Shown here one piece after another: positions 1 through 11,989 of a stretch of DNA of 64,000 nt. The stretch is taken from the NCBI GenBank assembly GCA_040437565.1, contig JBDOQK010000009.1:62001-126000 (forward strand), given 5' to 3'. Source of the DNA: Albugo candida. Lineage: Eukaryota. The notes below the pieces were generated by a model, which ran no database searches, was not told the DNA's origin, and worked only from the letters and a program-made list of their open reading frames with translations. The number at the start of each line of letters is the position of its first letter. Within the stretch, counting starts at the first letter, position 1. Made by a program: the position numbers and the translations under genes.

Positions 1-329
1 AATGACCGGATGTCAACCATGCCAGTTCCAAAATTGGCTCATATTTCCTTTCGTTGGATAATTCATCTTGTAAGACCGATCGAGAAGCTCGCAATCTAGA
101 TACCCCAATAGAAGGATTTGCTTGAGGTTCGATTAGTTGCACATGCTGCAAGGCAGCTGGCTTTACAGTAGGTGGAATCACTTTAATCTCATCCAAGAAT
201 ACTACCAGTAGACAACTACGGGGTATCGCCGAGTTGATTGGAGCCATACGCCAAGAGGATCGTCGTGTCTAACGGGCTATCCCCTTCCATCAACAACACC
301 CGTCTTCTTTTGTCCGTAAGATTTCTTGA

Positions 330-2720
330 TGTAAGGCGCTCCTATGTAGTTACTCTGCTTTACCTCTGTAACCAAGCAACACTGTACATGTTTGCATCCA
401 TTATCGCGTAGCTACTTGTGCTTGAAGCACAACATTTATACCATAAACCACATGCTCTGTATGTTATCGCGATGCTGACAGGACGCTATAGACCGACGAG
501 GACAAATATTGCTTCCAAAGCAAACGGTTTTGGGCTTAGAGATACTCGCCTCTTTAAATTACCTTCTCTAAACCAGCATTGTCGGATCTTATTGCCAGAC
601 AAATTCTGGCATAATCATGGTCCTAGGTGCTTTGCCGCTAGGATAGCATGCTGGTATCCTTTCAGCGTGTGGCGTCACAATATGCTGGCAGCACAGTGCG
701 TGACGAGTACCGATGAAAACTGCTTTGTGCTCTGTTGCGCAGTCTGCGTGCTGCTGCAACATGCAAAGGAGTTCGTCATTGACGGCCTGCGGGGTATTTT
801 ACGGAAGATGGCCATAGAAGCGCTTATGTATCGGGATGGTCGCCTTATTGCTAAACCGTGTAAAATGGGAGACAGTAATGGCGGTCTAGAGAGCAGTCAA
901 TCCAAAGCATCAGAAAAGTAGACTAACGCGGTTGACGCCATTGTGCATATAACTCAATTCAGTCTGACTATATGTCAAAGTGCGAGGCCTCCTTAATTCT
1001 GCTTCATCGATACCTACGCCTGCAAATTTTAATCTCACACGACATCAATATCAGTTGGCGACACATAATTCAGAACAAGGATGATGACTTTACCCGGTGT
1101 TAATCACCTACTGATGCTTCTTCTAGCGTGATAGAAAGTCGCTGAACAAGTTGCCCACCGCATCTAATCGATCATGCAGGACGCGACTGTCTGGAGATCG
1201 TCGCTCCTGTAGTTCTTTCGTATGTTTCACTAGCTTCTTATACTTTTTTTCGTAGTGGCCATATATCATTGCTGTACACCTGAACATGGACTAATATGAG
1301 CTGTTTGATCGGCTTGATAGCCACTGATTTTTTGATAATCCGATGAGAAATGCGGCTGGATCCGAAGTCTACAAGGCAGCACGTTATTGACGTCCTTCAG
1401 ATCCCTCATGAATTATTCCAATTTACTCCATTTGTGCCACGCTCCATCGGATATACTTGTTGCACAGAATTGACCCCTTTCATTCTTGTTCATGCTTAAA
1501 TTCAATCACCGCGACTGAAGAGACTGAATTCTTAGAACGGAACTTTTTTTATGTGAGTGATTCGTCGCAATTGTGATCCACATCATCGGCAAACACATCG
1601 ATGTCAATATTTTGCATGGATACATGGAGTTGCTGACAGACGCTTCCAATACCGCTTCCAGGTAGACCGCGATAGTATCTGCAAGACTGCAAGTTCTTGT
1701 GATGCTTCTTGATCATTAACGGCTTTTGGCTGATGGTTGTCGCCAAGGCAAAGAGTAGTGGTGTCTCAATAGGAAGCGTATTGATGAGCCGAACTACATT
1801 GTAGTGCTATTGAACGACGTCGTGAATAGCTGGATAGGATTATCAGGTAGTAGCTCAGCTGAAGTAGCACCAATCCTCCGGATTGAATATGTGCAGCCAC
1901 TCATCTCGGATGACCTCGGATTTATTCTATTTGGCCAGTAGTTATTAACTCAAACTTGCAGTTTAAGTCTCTGATCAATCTCAAAGGATCACAATCTCGG
2001 CAAGAATGTGGTGACGTACGTTCCCACACGGCTTTTCGTGATATTAGTTCTTCTCATTGGATCAGTTCAATCCCACANNNNNNNNNNNNNNNNNNNNNNN
2101 NNNNNNNNNNNNNNNNNNNNNNNNNNNNNNNNNNNNNNNNNNNNNNNNNNNNNNNNNNNNNNNNNNNNNNNNNNNNNGCAAGACTGCAAGTTCTTGTGAT
2201 GCTTCTTGATCATTAACGGCTTTTGGCTGATGGTTGTCGCCAAGGCAAAGAGTAGTGGTGTCTCAATAGGAAGCGTATTGATGAGCCGAACTACATTGTA
2301 GTGCTATTGAACGACGTCGTGAATAGCTGGATAGGATTATCAGGTAGTAGCTCGGCTGAAGTAGCACCAATCCTCCGGATTGAATATGTGCAGCCACTCA
2401 TCTCGGATGACCTCGGATTTATTCTATTTGGCCAGTAGTTATTAACTCAAACTTGCAGTTTAAGTCTCTGATCAATCTCAAAGGATCACAATCTCGGCAA
2501 GAATGTGGTGACGTACGTTCCCACACGGCTTTTCGTGATATTAGTTCTTCTCATTGGATCAGTTCAATCCCACAACCGAATCCTATATGATTCGGCTGAG
2601 GCACTGTCAATTGTAGGTTTGCCAGCACAGTACGAAAAACACAGTCTGGAAATCGATATCAGACTCAGTTATTGCTATAGCGCGAAATTGTTCGTGGTAT
2701 TCTTTTGAAGGCCAAAAGAG
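330..2720 (-). pseudogene. Decayed Cys-patterned ORF remnant, unit 1 (partial)
   Basis: Minus-strand fragments such as YRGLPGSGIGSVCQQLHVSMQNIDIDVFADDV, KFELITTGQIE*IRGHPR and YRFPDCVFRT align to units 2-4; many stops and frameshifts. Confidence 0.5.
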
Positions 2721-2785
2721 CCACACACCATGGCTGCTCGACACTAACGTGGATGAAGTTTGACAATATGGCATCGAGAGCTTAA

Positions 2786-3792
2786 TCGTTCCGAACGTTT
2801 ACGATGCATGCGCTTCAACTAAATAAGTCTTCGTGCCAGGATTGGAATAAACACTTGTCGTGACCCTCTTTCTTGCTGAAAGATGCAAAACCCAACACAA
2901 AATGAAACACATCATTTCTAGTATAAGATGCTTCCCATGCTGATTCCAAAGCATCTTACTCGGTGATTCAATGGAAAGTGGAAGAATCATTTGTATGTAC
3001 GAGCAGCATGTGATACAAAATGAGATCAGTAGTGCCATAAATACCATGCGCCCTGTAGGGTATGAAAATATAGTCGGAACGCCCCATGCCGCCCCGAGCT
3101 TTCCTCCAAAAGCCTGCTAATGAACAAAAAGCAGCATGTACCTTATGCGACACGTCATATTATTACAATTCGCCAGAATTAGTCCGATCGTGCCCAAGTG
3201 ATATTGACTCATTAGAATGTAGACAATGATGACATAAAGTATCGAGAAGACGATCATTGACTGGTCGAACGCCACAAACTCTTGGGACGCCAATGGAGTG
3301 CACAAAGGCTTTCAAGATTCCATTGACCCCCACAGCCAGATGTAAATGCAATACACTGACAGGGTATTCGAGATGTTCTTTGTGCTCTTTCGCTTCCAAG
3401 CAGAAGTAGAAGATAAGTCTTCAAGTCGCATCAGATTCCAAATAAATTTTGATGATACCGTAAGGATCCGCTGATTCTTTTCTACTGCTTCTTGAATAAT
3501 GATTGAATTTCAGATAATGGCTCCGGTGGATCCTTCCATTGGCAGAAAGATCAGATAGGGGATCAGTTATCCAAAATAGAAATAATCCCGTATTTTCCCA
3601 TCATCGCAAATGTTGCACATTAAGAAAGGGTTCATTAGTCTTCTCCTTCTTTAAAAAAGAATTCGTTTCGATTTCAACACACTACGTGTACAGCCGGTTC
3701 TAACGCTCTATCGAAGACAAACTTCGCCATCTGAAATTTCTTTTTGCCATATGAGAGCGGAGAATTGTAAGTCCATGACGTAGCTGCTTCCA
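2786..3792 (-). pseudogene. RFT1: RFT1 3'-half pseudogene, unit 1
   Basis: Fragments MILPLSIESPSKMLWNQHGKH and LMSQYHLGTIGLILANC match the intact RFT1 at 21745-22800; frameshifts and deletions; 5'-truncated. Confidence 0.92.
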
Positions 3793-4444
3793 CCAGAATC
3801 ATATAAAGTTATGGGCTGATCAGATGCTGACGGGGTTTTGTTCATTTCCGGTACTCATAATTCATCTGTCCACTACCATGCAGTTATGTATGCTCTTCGA
3901 TCACGAAATTCTACCAGTTCCAATAAACTGTGTATGACACTTTCAGCTAGACGGCACCTCATTGGAGTAATAGAATACAGATGTTTTCATCATCTTTGTC
4001 TTCTGTCGCCGAGCACCGTGCGCTATCTATATACGAATCGTATTATCTCAATGATCTTGGTATGTCGATGCACATTACACTAGGGCGAACCACTTGCAAT
4101 GACAGGCTATTTATGTTAATAAGAAAAGATGCTTTGCGTGTAAGGATACTCATTCGACGCATGCTTTTTATGCCCGCTTTACAAACCAGTTGCGAATCAG
4201 ATTTGGACTGCTATCACAATCGTATCAAAAGACCCAATGTTGGCGTCTGGAAGGATAGAACTATGGGTAGAATGCTGTAGTGAAATGAAGTACTGGAGCA
4301 AAGCGAGAACCGCGACTTTGGAAAGATGACATAAGTAAGATCACTATTCATTCAGTGTAGGACTGTATTGCATTAAGCGACTTTGTATTTAGTTACTCTT
4401 GAAATTCAAATCTCTGCTGGGATACCGTCTAGGGCTTCCAATAA

Positions 4445-4705
4445 TTAGGCGCGAAGTTTTGGTGCTTGATCTGGTTTTGTTACTGGTTTGGTGTCCCCTT
4501 GAGGTTGGCTTGTGGTTCCGGAATCCTTTGGTTTCGAAGAACCTCTCTTTTGACCGACGCTTCCTGTAAACCAGGGATCGGGCCCAGTATCTGTTGTACT
4601 CATCAAATTCCTCCCATTTAGTAAGTTCACCTTTATGAAAGACTGCGACGGCAAAATCAAGAAGGCTGTCGAGATGGATGCGAGACAAGCGGAGGTAATC
4701 TTCAT
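4445..4705 (-). CDS. Small putative secreted protein, family 1 copy A (86 aa)
   Basis: N-terminus MKITSACLASISTAFLILPSQS looks like a signal peptide and is conserved with 11305 and 18333; an Inr-like CCTCATTTC lies ~40 bp upstream on the minus strand. Confidence 0.72.
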   Translation of the reverse strand: MKITSACLASISTAFLILPSQSFIKVNLLNGRNLMSTTDTGPDPWFTGSVGQKRGSSKPKDSGTTSQPQGDTKPVTKPDQAPKLRA

Positions 4706-5158
4706 TTGATAGACTTCCGGACGATGTTGCTTTTTATGAAATGAGGCTGTGAAATATCTTTGAAATGGTCTGAAGGACTGCAGATCTGCTGATGTAACTG
4801 TAAGGACACATCTTGCAAGTACTCACATAAGAAGCATAAGTGATGAGTAGAAACATTTGCTCCAGCTTTGTGGCAACTCAACATCCATTCTTTATATCAG
4901 ACCATACGTGTCGCATTCGAAGAATTTCTTTCTCTCGTGGAAACTATGAAGCAAATCGAAAGTCTAAACGATGGGTAGAAAAATTTGCTCCAACTTGTGG
5001 CAAATAGAGAACGCTCTTCCTATATATCATAAGATGACTATATGCTCGAAGAGGTGTCTACATCCTTGTTTCTATAAAGCAAATCGAACATGAATCGAAG
5101 AGGGCGTTCGAGAATTGAGAACACGCTAAATGCAGAATTGCAACAAATGTGACTAGCG

Positions 5159-5202
5159 TAAGGCATAAGGCATAAGGCATAAGGCATAAGGCATAAGGCA
5201 TA
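5159..5202. repeat. (TAAGGCA)6 heptamer microsatellite
   Basis: Six perfect tandem copies read directly. Confidence 0.95.
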
Positions 5203-5527
5203 CCGCTATCGCAACTTGTACTCAGTCTTTCACCCTAGTCCGCTCAAGAAATTCGAATCAAAATAAGATGGTCTAAGATGAACAACTTAACTTTTAGAGG
5301 TGAACATCAACGATGATATAGCTGTACTTTTTTCTTTCTATTTTCTTTACTTTTTTTCGAACCGTAACTCGCTGCTTCTACGTGCGAGCCCCACATTCAG
5401 CCTGGTGATTCTTTTTTTTAATTTTCCCAAACGATAAAGCTGACATTTCTACCATAGACGGTCTCGAGGGTTAATGAAGGAATGGTGTGATATCAGCAAA
5501 GCGTTTCACGAGAATGAGTATCATTTA

Positions 5528-8500
5528 CTATGCTAGAATGCACAAACAATTTCTGGATGGTGTGTGTACATGCAACAAAAAAGCGATGTGAGTAGGCGTT
5601 TGATTTGCTGAACAATCAACACACACTCCCTTAGAAAAATCATTCGATTGGTCTTTGAGTGCGGCATCCCTCAGCTGACACTTTTCGAGTATATCCAATG
5701 AACGTATCGTCTGATGGTATTCGCGTCGCCTATGGCAGGTAAACAAGTACCCCATAAACCAAACTTCTGGAATCTGGTATAGAAGGAAGGCTCTTGACTG
5801 CTCACTGAGCAGTTCAGTCTCCAAAGCCGATGGAAGCGAGCGGCATGGTTGACTGAGGACGATCAGTTCATTAGTGAATAATCGGAAAATTTCACCATCA
5901 ATCTGCGTGTGCGATACCAATGATGTGTCCGACAGTAATGATAGCAATATAGGGATCCCAGCCATGCCAATTCCTGAAATGCTTCTTGTTTTATTTCCTC
6001 CCGTTGTATTTCTTTCACCATGTAATCCAATATGAAGTTCAGATACATCCTCGCGCCCAAGGAGCTAGCCACTTCCGCAACAACATCCACCTTCTTTGAC
6101 TTAAGGACTTCGTCCATAGAAAACCCTCAAATCTTTGTTTTTTGCTGTACCATTACTCTCACGCAACAGCTATCTATTAACTTCCCATGATCCGTCAACG
6201 CATCGCTACTTGTGAGGCACCTGCTCGTAGCGCAACATATATCATATAACACGTTCTGTATACTATTGCCGTCCTGGTAGAACGCTCATGGAGCGACGAG
6301 AACGCAATTTGCTTGCAAAGGAAATGGTCATCGGCTTAGAAATAGTCGCATCTCTTTTTATTCAAATAGGCGATTATCTATTCTGTATGACCAACGTTGC
6401 CGGGTTATATACCCCTGGTGTTTGCGCAAGAATGTGGCAGAACTAAACAAATATAAAAAAGCTATATTGGCACTGTTTACGACCGCCACTCTACTGCAGT
6501 ATTCGTACACGAGCTCGGCGGGACCAGACGGAATCTTGGTATAAGAATGCTGCAATCCCAGCAAGACACCTTCGTTTGTGCTAGGGCGTGTTGTAATGGC
6601 ATTGCTCAGATCCGTTCAGCCTTCGACATCACAAACTGTCGCAGCACTGTGCATGACGAGCANNNNNNNNNNNNNNNNNNNNNNNNNNNNNNNNNNNNNN
6701 NNNNNNNNNNNNNNNNNNNNNNNNNNNNNNNNNNNNNNNNNNNNNNNNNNNNNNNNNNNNNNCGTTGCCGGGTTATATACCCCTGGTGTTTGCGCAAGAA
6801 TGTGGCAGAACTAAACAAATATAAAAAAGCTATATTGGCACTGTTTACGACCGCCACTCTACTGCAGTATTCGTACACGAGCTCGGCGGGACCAGACGGA
6901 ATCTTGGTATAAGAATGCTGCAATCCCAGCAAGACACCTTCGTTTGTGCTAGGGCGTGTTGTAATGGCATTGCTCAGATCCGTTCAGCCTTCGACATCAC
7001 AAACTGTCGCAGCACTGTGCATGACGAGCACGGGTAAAAATTGCTTTGTGTTCTGCTTCGCAATGTGCGCACTGCTGCAAAATAAATAGGAGTCCAGCAT
7101 TGACGGCTTGCTTGGTATCGTATGGCAGATAGCCACAGAAGTGCTGATGCTTCTCCGAGTGCCCTATCAACAACGCATTCAACTCCCTGAGCCGAGCAAA
7201 TTGAGAGACGATGAGGTCTAGAGAGCAGTCAGTTCAACAATCCGAAAAGAAGACGAGACGGGTGACTTTGTTCCGTTTGTAAGTGGTTTTAGTAAAGACT
7301 AGCCTTTGTACTGTGAGGCTTCCTTGCTTCAGCATTCACGATACCACCTGCAAATTACAATCCTACACGACACCAAAATCAGCAGGCAGGCGATATATTT
7401 TATAGAAAAAGATTGTTGACTTTCACCCATGTTGACCACTTGCGGATACTTCTCTTTGAAATGCATGTACTTGTGGAACAAGTTATGCACCGCATCTCGT
7501 CGATCGTACTGGACACGGCTGCCTGGAGGTCGTCGTTCCTGTAGTTCATTCTGTCACACATTTCATGACGCATACCGCCATGAACGGTATCACTCGACTT
7601 GATAGCCATCGATCTTGCGGTACACGATGCGTGTTATGTCCTATAGTGTATCCCGATCGTAATTGATTCGATAAAGTAAGCGACCGGATAAAAAATCTCC
7701 AAGATCCCGCTTTCTGGATGTCCCCAAGAGTCCTGAACAGTAATTCCAATTTGCTGCATTGCACCATGCTCTACCGGATGTACTGGTAGCGCAGATCTTA
7801 GCGTTTTTATGCTTTTGTCCATGTTCACATCAAATCTCTGTGAGTAGAAAAGGCGTTTTGTTACGACAAGAACACGTATACGTTTGAAGCTAGTAAGTTC
7901 TTTGTAATTGAAGCCCAAGTCATTGCCAAAACATGACACAAGTGGTAACATTTCCATTGATACATCGACTTGCTGACAGAGACTTCAAGTACAGCTTCAA
8001 AGCAGACCGATCAGTGTCGGTAACTTTGCATCGTCTTGTTGTATATCATGCTCCTTAGAGGTTGCTGCTGACGCATGCTGCAGCTGTGCTTTGATACAGG
8101 TATTTGGATGAGCTGCACTGCATTATAGCTCAAGATGCGTCTGATGATGTCGATCCATTTTCTATCAGTCAATAGTATCCACTTGCTGAGACCGATCCAA
8201 AATATACAAGCTTATTTGAAATTACACGTTGAAGCCGGTGTGCCTGGAAAGAGTTGGCTGCGCTGCTGGCAATTCGTAATCCATTACGGCTAGGCGATAG
8301 CTTTTTATCTGCTGTTAGATCAATTCGACTGATAACCGCAAATATGGAGTTTGCGCGGTGTGCAGACAAGAGCATCTCTTCGAAATTGAGTGTGTATGCA
8401 TTCGGTATTGTAAAAACGACCCCACTGCTAGGAATGTTGCTAAGCCATGTATTCATTGCATGTTGATTTACTGCTCTTGGAACGACGTCCCCAATCACTG

Positions 8501-8690
8501 GATGTGGAGATTCTTCAGTTGGTCAGCTGAATGCATATAATTTCTCCAGATTGAAGATGTGCAGCTTTTCGTAGACGATATCTTTTGTCGCAATCGTCCC
8601 GGCTAATCTTGGCCTTGGCTACATTCGTTTATTCCTAGTGACTCAAACTGACGATCCACATCTCCTTGGAAGAAGGTCCAGTACCTATGC
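5528..8690 (-). pseudogene. Decayed ~3 kb Cys-patterned ORF remnant, unit 2
   Basis: Consecutive minus-strand ORF pieces (8169-8498, 7634-7957, 6358-6564, 5863-6117, 5528-5965) have homologs at equivalent positions in the other units; the reading frame is broken. Confidence 0.5.
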
Positions 8691-8737
8691 TACATAGACT
8701 TTTTAGGTCTAACTGACATTGTGCGTCGAGGTCTTAC

Positions 8738-10312
8738 TTATTCCGAACGTACGATACTTGCGCCTCAACCAACATAGCTTCCTTTTCGCGCTCGAAGTGG
8801 AATGATATGTGCCTTGTGTTATGAGCCTCCTTTCCGGCTGACAGATGCAAACCCAACGCGTATGAAAACATCATTCCCAGTATAAGATGCTTCGCATGTT
8901 GATTCTGGAGCATTCTACTCGATGATTCAAGGAAAAGACGAACAATCATTAGGCAACGATGGCATCAAGTATATAGAAGACGACCATTGATCGATCCATT
9001 AGCAAATATTTCGTGAGCACAAAGCCGGTACAATAGGTCGTAAATGCTCTATTGAAGACAAGACTCGTCAGCTAAAACTCTTCTTTCTCANNNNNNNNNN
9101 NNNNNNNNNNNNNNNNNNNNNNNNNNNNNNNNNNNNNNNNNNNNNNNNNNNNNNNNNNNNNNNNNNNNNNNNNNNNNNNNNNNNNNNNNNGTGTCGGTAA
9201 CTTTGCATCGTCTTGTTGTATATCATGCTCCTTAGAGGTTGCTGCTGACGCATGCTGCAGCTGTGCTTTGATACAGGTATTTGGATGAGCTGCACTGCAT
9301 TATAGCTCAAGATGCGTCTGATGATGTCGATCCATTTTCTATCAGTCAATAGTATCCACTTGCTGAGACCGATCCAAAATATACAAGCTTATTTGAAATT
9401 ACACGTTGAAGCCGGTGTGCCTGGAAAGAGTTGGCTGCGCTGCTGGCAATTCGTAATCCATTACGGCTAGGCGATAGCTTTTTATCTGCTGTTAGATCAA
9501 TTCGACTGATAACCGCAAATATGGAGTTTGCGCGGTGTGCAGACAAGAGCATCTCTTCGAAATTGAGTGTGTATGCATTCGGTATTGTAAAAACGACCCC
9601 ACTGCTAGGAATGTTGCTAAGCCATGTATTCATTGCATGTTGATTTACTGCTCTTGGAACGACGTCCCCAATCACTGGATGTGGAGATTCTTCAGTTGGT
9701 CAGCTGAATGCATATAATTTCTCCAGATTGAAGATGTGCAGCTTTTCGTAGACGATATCTTTTGTCGCAATCGTCCCGGCTAATCTTGGCCTTGGCTACA
9801 TTCGTTTATTCCTAGTGACTCAAACTGACGATCCACATCTCCTTGGAAGAAGGTCCAGTACCTATGCTACATAGACTTTTTAGGTCTAACTGACATTGTG
9901 CGTCGAGGTCTTACTTATTCCGAACGTACGATACTTGCGCCTCAACCAACATAGCTTCCTTTTCGCGCTCGAAGTGGAATGATATGTGCCTTGTGTTATG
10001 AGCCTCCTTTCCGGCTGACAGATGCAAACCCAACGCGTATGAAAACATCATTCCCAGTATAAGATGCTTCGCATGTTGATTCTGGAGCATTCTACTCGAT
10101 GATTCAAGGAAAAGACGAACAATCATTAGGCAACGATGGCATCAAGTATATAGAAGACGACCATTGATCGATCCATTAGCAAATATTTCGTGAGCACAAA
10201 GCCGGTACAATAGGTCGTAAATGCTCTATTGAAGACAAGACTCGTCAGCTAAAACTCTTCTTTCTCACTGCAATGAGAGTCGAGAATATTAAGTCTTGGA
10301 CGTAGCTGCTTC
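8738..10312 (-). pseudogene. RFT1: RFT1 3' pseudogene, unit 2 (heavily deleted; repeated across the gap)
   Basis: LESSSRMLQNQHAKHLILGMM matches the RFT1 C-terminal TM region; ends at the shared 'gtagctgcttcc' breakpoint at ~10312. Confidence 0.85.
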
Positions 10313-11002
10313 CTGCAGAATCGCTTCAAGGTAAGAGCTGATCGGATGCTAATGGCAGTTTAGTCACTTCCGCTGCTTCAAATGTATCGTTCCACTACCA
10401 TGCACTTGTCTATTCGGTCACGGCATTATACCAGTAAATTGTGTATGGCACTTTCAATTAGAAGGCAATTCATTGGGGCAATAGGTGGTACAGATGTTAT
10501 GTATCTATGCATCCAATATCATCGGATCTATGTTTCGTCGCAAAGTACGGGAGGGACGGCTACTGATTCCGCAAGAATGAATGCGTCAAGTGAATTTCTT
10601 TTCTCAAGACTGAAGTAAAGAAAAGCAATAGCTTCCTGCTGCAGGCAGATTCCACAAGTACGTATCAAGATTGATCAGAAGAGCGCTGAATTGAACAACT
10701 TTAAGCGCAAGGAATAAGCACGTTTCTTCTTTGCAATTTAGGCAATTTGGGCACTTTTCGTTATGAATTGTATAATCTCGAATATCTTGGTATGTCTCAC
10801 AGTATCACTGACTCGAATGTTTGTGCTGCAGGAATAGAGCGGTGCACGTCACATTAGGGCAAACCACTTGCGGAGTTGGGCTACTCATGTAAATAACGAA
10901 AGATGCTTGACGTGCGCAACCGCAATAAAGCAAAGTGAGAAGCGAGAAGTGAAGATATTGTGATAGAATGACATTTGGCTACTTTAGATAAGCAAAGTTT
11001 TA

Positions 11003-11305
11003 TCAATCTTTATTCTGTATCTCATTTTCGTTCGAATCTTGGTCTTTGAATAATTCACCAAGCGTGTTCTTTTCCGGTAAGACTTGATTCCGAACTTGGC
11101 CTGAACTCGTGCTTTGCCGCATTTTCGATAACCTTTTCTTCGTGCTTTTTTCCTCTTGAGTATGGGTTAGCTTTATAGAAGGCTTGGATCCGGAACTGCC
11201 CATCAAATTTCTCCTAATCGATAAGTTTACCGCCATGGAAGACTGCGACGGGAGAATCAAGGAGGCTGCCAAGATGGATGACAGACAAGCGGAGGCAATC
11301 TTCAT
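11003..11305 (-). CDS. Small putative secreted protein, family 1 copy B (100 aa)
   Basis: Signal-peptide-like MKIASACLSSILAASLILPSQSS, then RRNLM and a Ser/Lys-rich tail with KNTLGELF. Confidence 0.75.
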   Translation of the reverse strand: MKIASACLSSILAASLILPSQSSMAVNLSIRRNLMGSSGSKPSIKLTHTQEEKSTKKRLSKMRQSTSSGQVRNQVLPEKNTLGELFKDQDSNENEIQNKD

Positions 11306-11989
11306 TTATAGACTTTTAGATGACGTTATTTATTGTTTGATGAAGCTACAAAAACAATCTGTGGAATGATCTGGAACCTTCTGATCTGCTGATGTAGCGA
11401 AAGGATCATAAAAGACACATTTTTCAACTTAGCAAATCGATAGCATAAGCGATGGGTAGAATCATGCGTAGGTGTTCGAAGGTATTTCTACATTCTTTGG
11501 CCCTATGAAGTAAATAGAACATGCCTCAAACAGGGCATTTGGGATGGGAATGCGCTGAACGCAAGCATGGAACAGGGGATCCTGTTGTCTGACAGAATGT
11601 GTACTAACACTCTCAATGTACTAACCTGGTAATAGAGCTCAGCTTCGCTTTTGATCTTAACCGCTCGAAGAGACTCGAAAGAATAGGATTGTATAAGCTA
11701 ACAAACTCGCCTTATCGAGATGAACATGAATGATAATGTATTTGTACTCTACACCTTCTATTTTTTTGGAACCCTAATTCTGTTGCTTCGACGGGCTAAA
11801 CACAATCTCAATGTAGCAATTCCTATAGTTTAAATCTCGGTTTGTGGGAAGCTACACTTTTATCACATAGGAACGGTATCGAGCGTTGAAGAAGGGAAGG
11901 TGTGATCTCAGCAAAGCGTTTCACGACTATGATTATTTTTGTCGTCTATCATCTTATAGTACTTACGGCACATCAGCTGTGCGCATTTA

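Noticed and set aside
418-921. 167-aa plus-strand ORF and similar short plus-strand ORFs in the array
   Set aside because: Non-ATG start, antisense to the decayed minus-strand gene and not conserved as an open frame between units.
1680-2575. Near-perfect direct repeat around the gap at 2078-2177
   Set aside because: Unmerged contig overlap; the same pattern occurs at most 100-N gaps.
5159-5202. Telomere-like or CRISPR-like repeat
   Set aside because: The unit is not TTTAGGG/TTAGGG and there are no spacers; it is a plain microsatellite.
6394-7030. Direct repeat around the gap at 6663-6762
   Set aside because: Identical flanks indicate an assembly overlap.
8014-10267. 1.1-kb perfect tandem duplication giving twin ORFs (8169/9346, 8734/9911)
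   Set aside because: Identical sequence either side of an N gap; assembly artefact.
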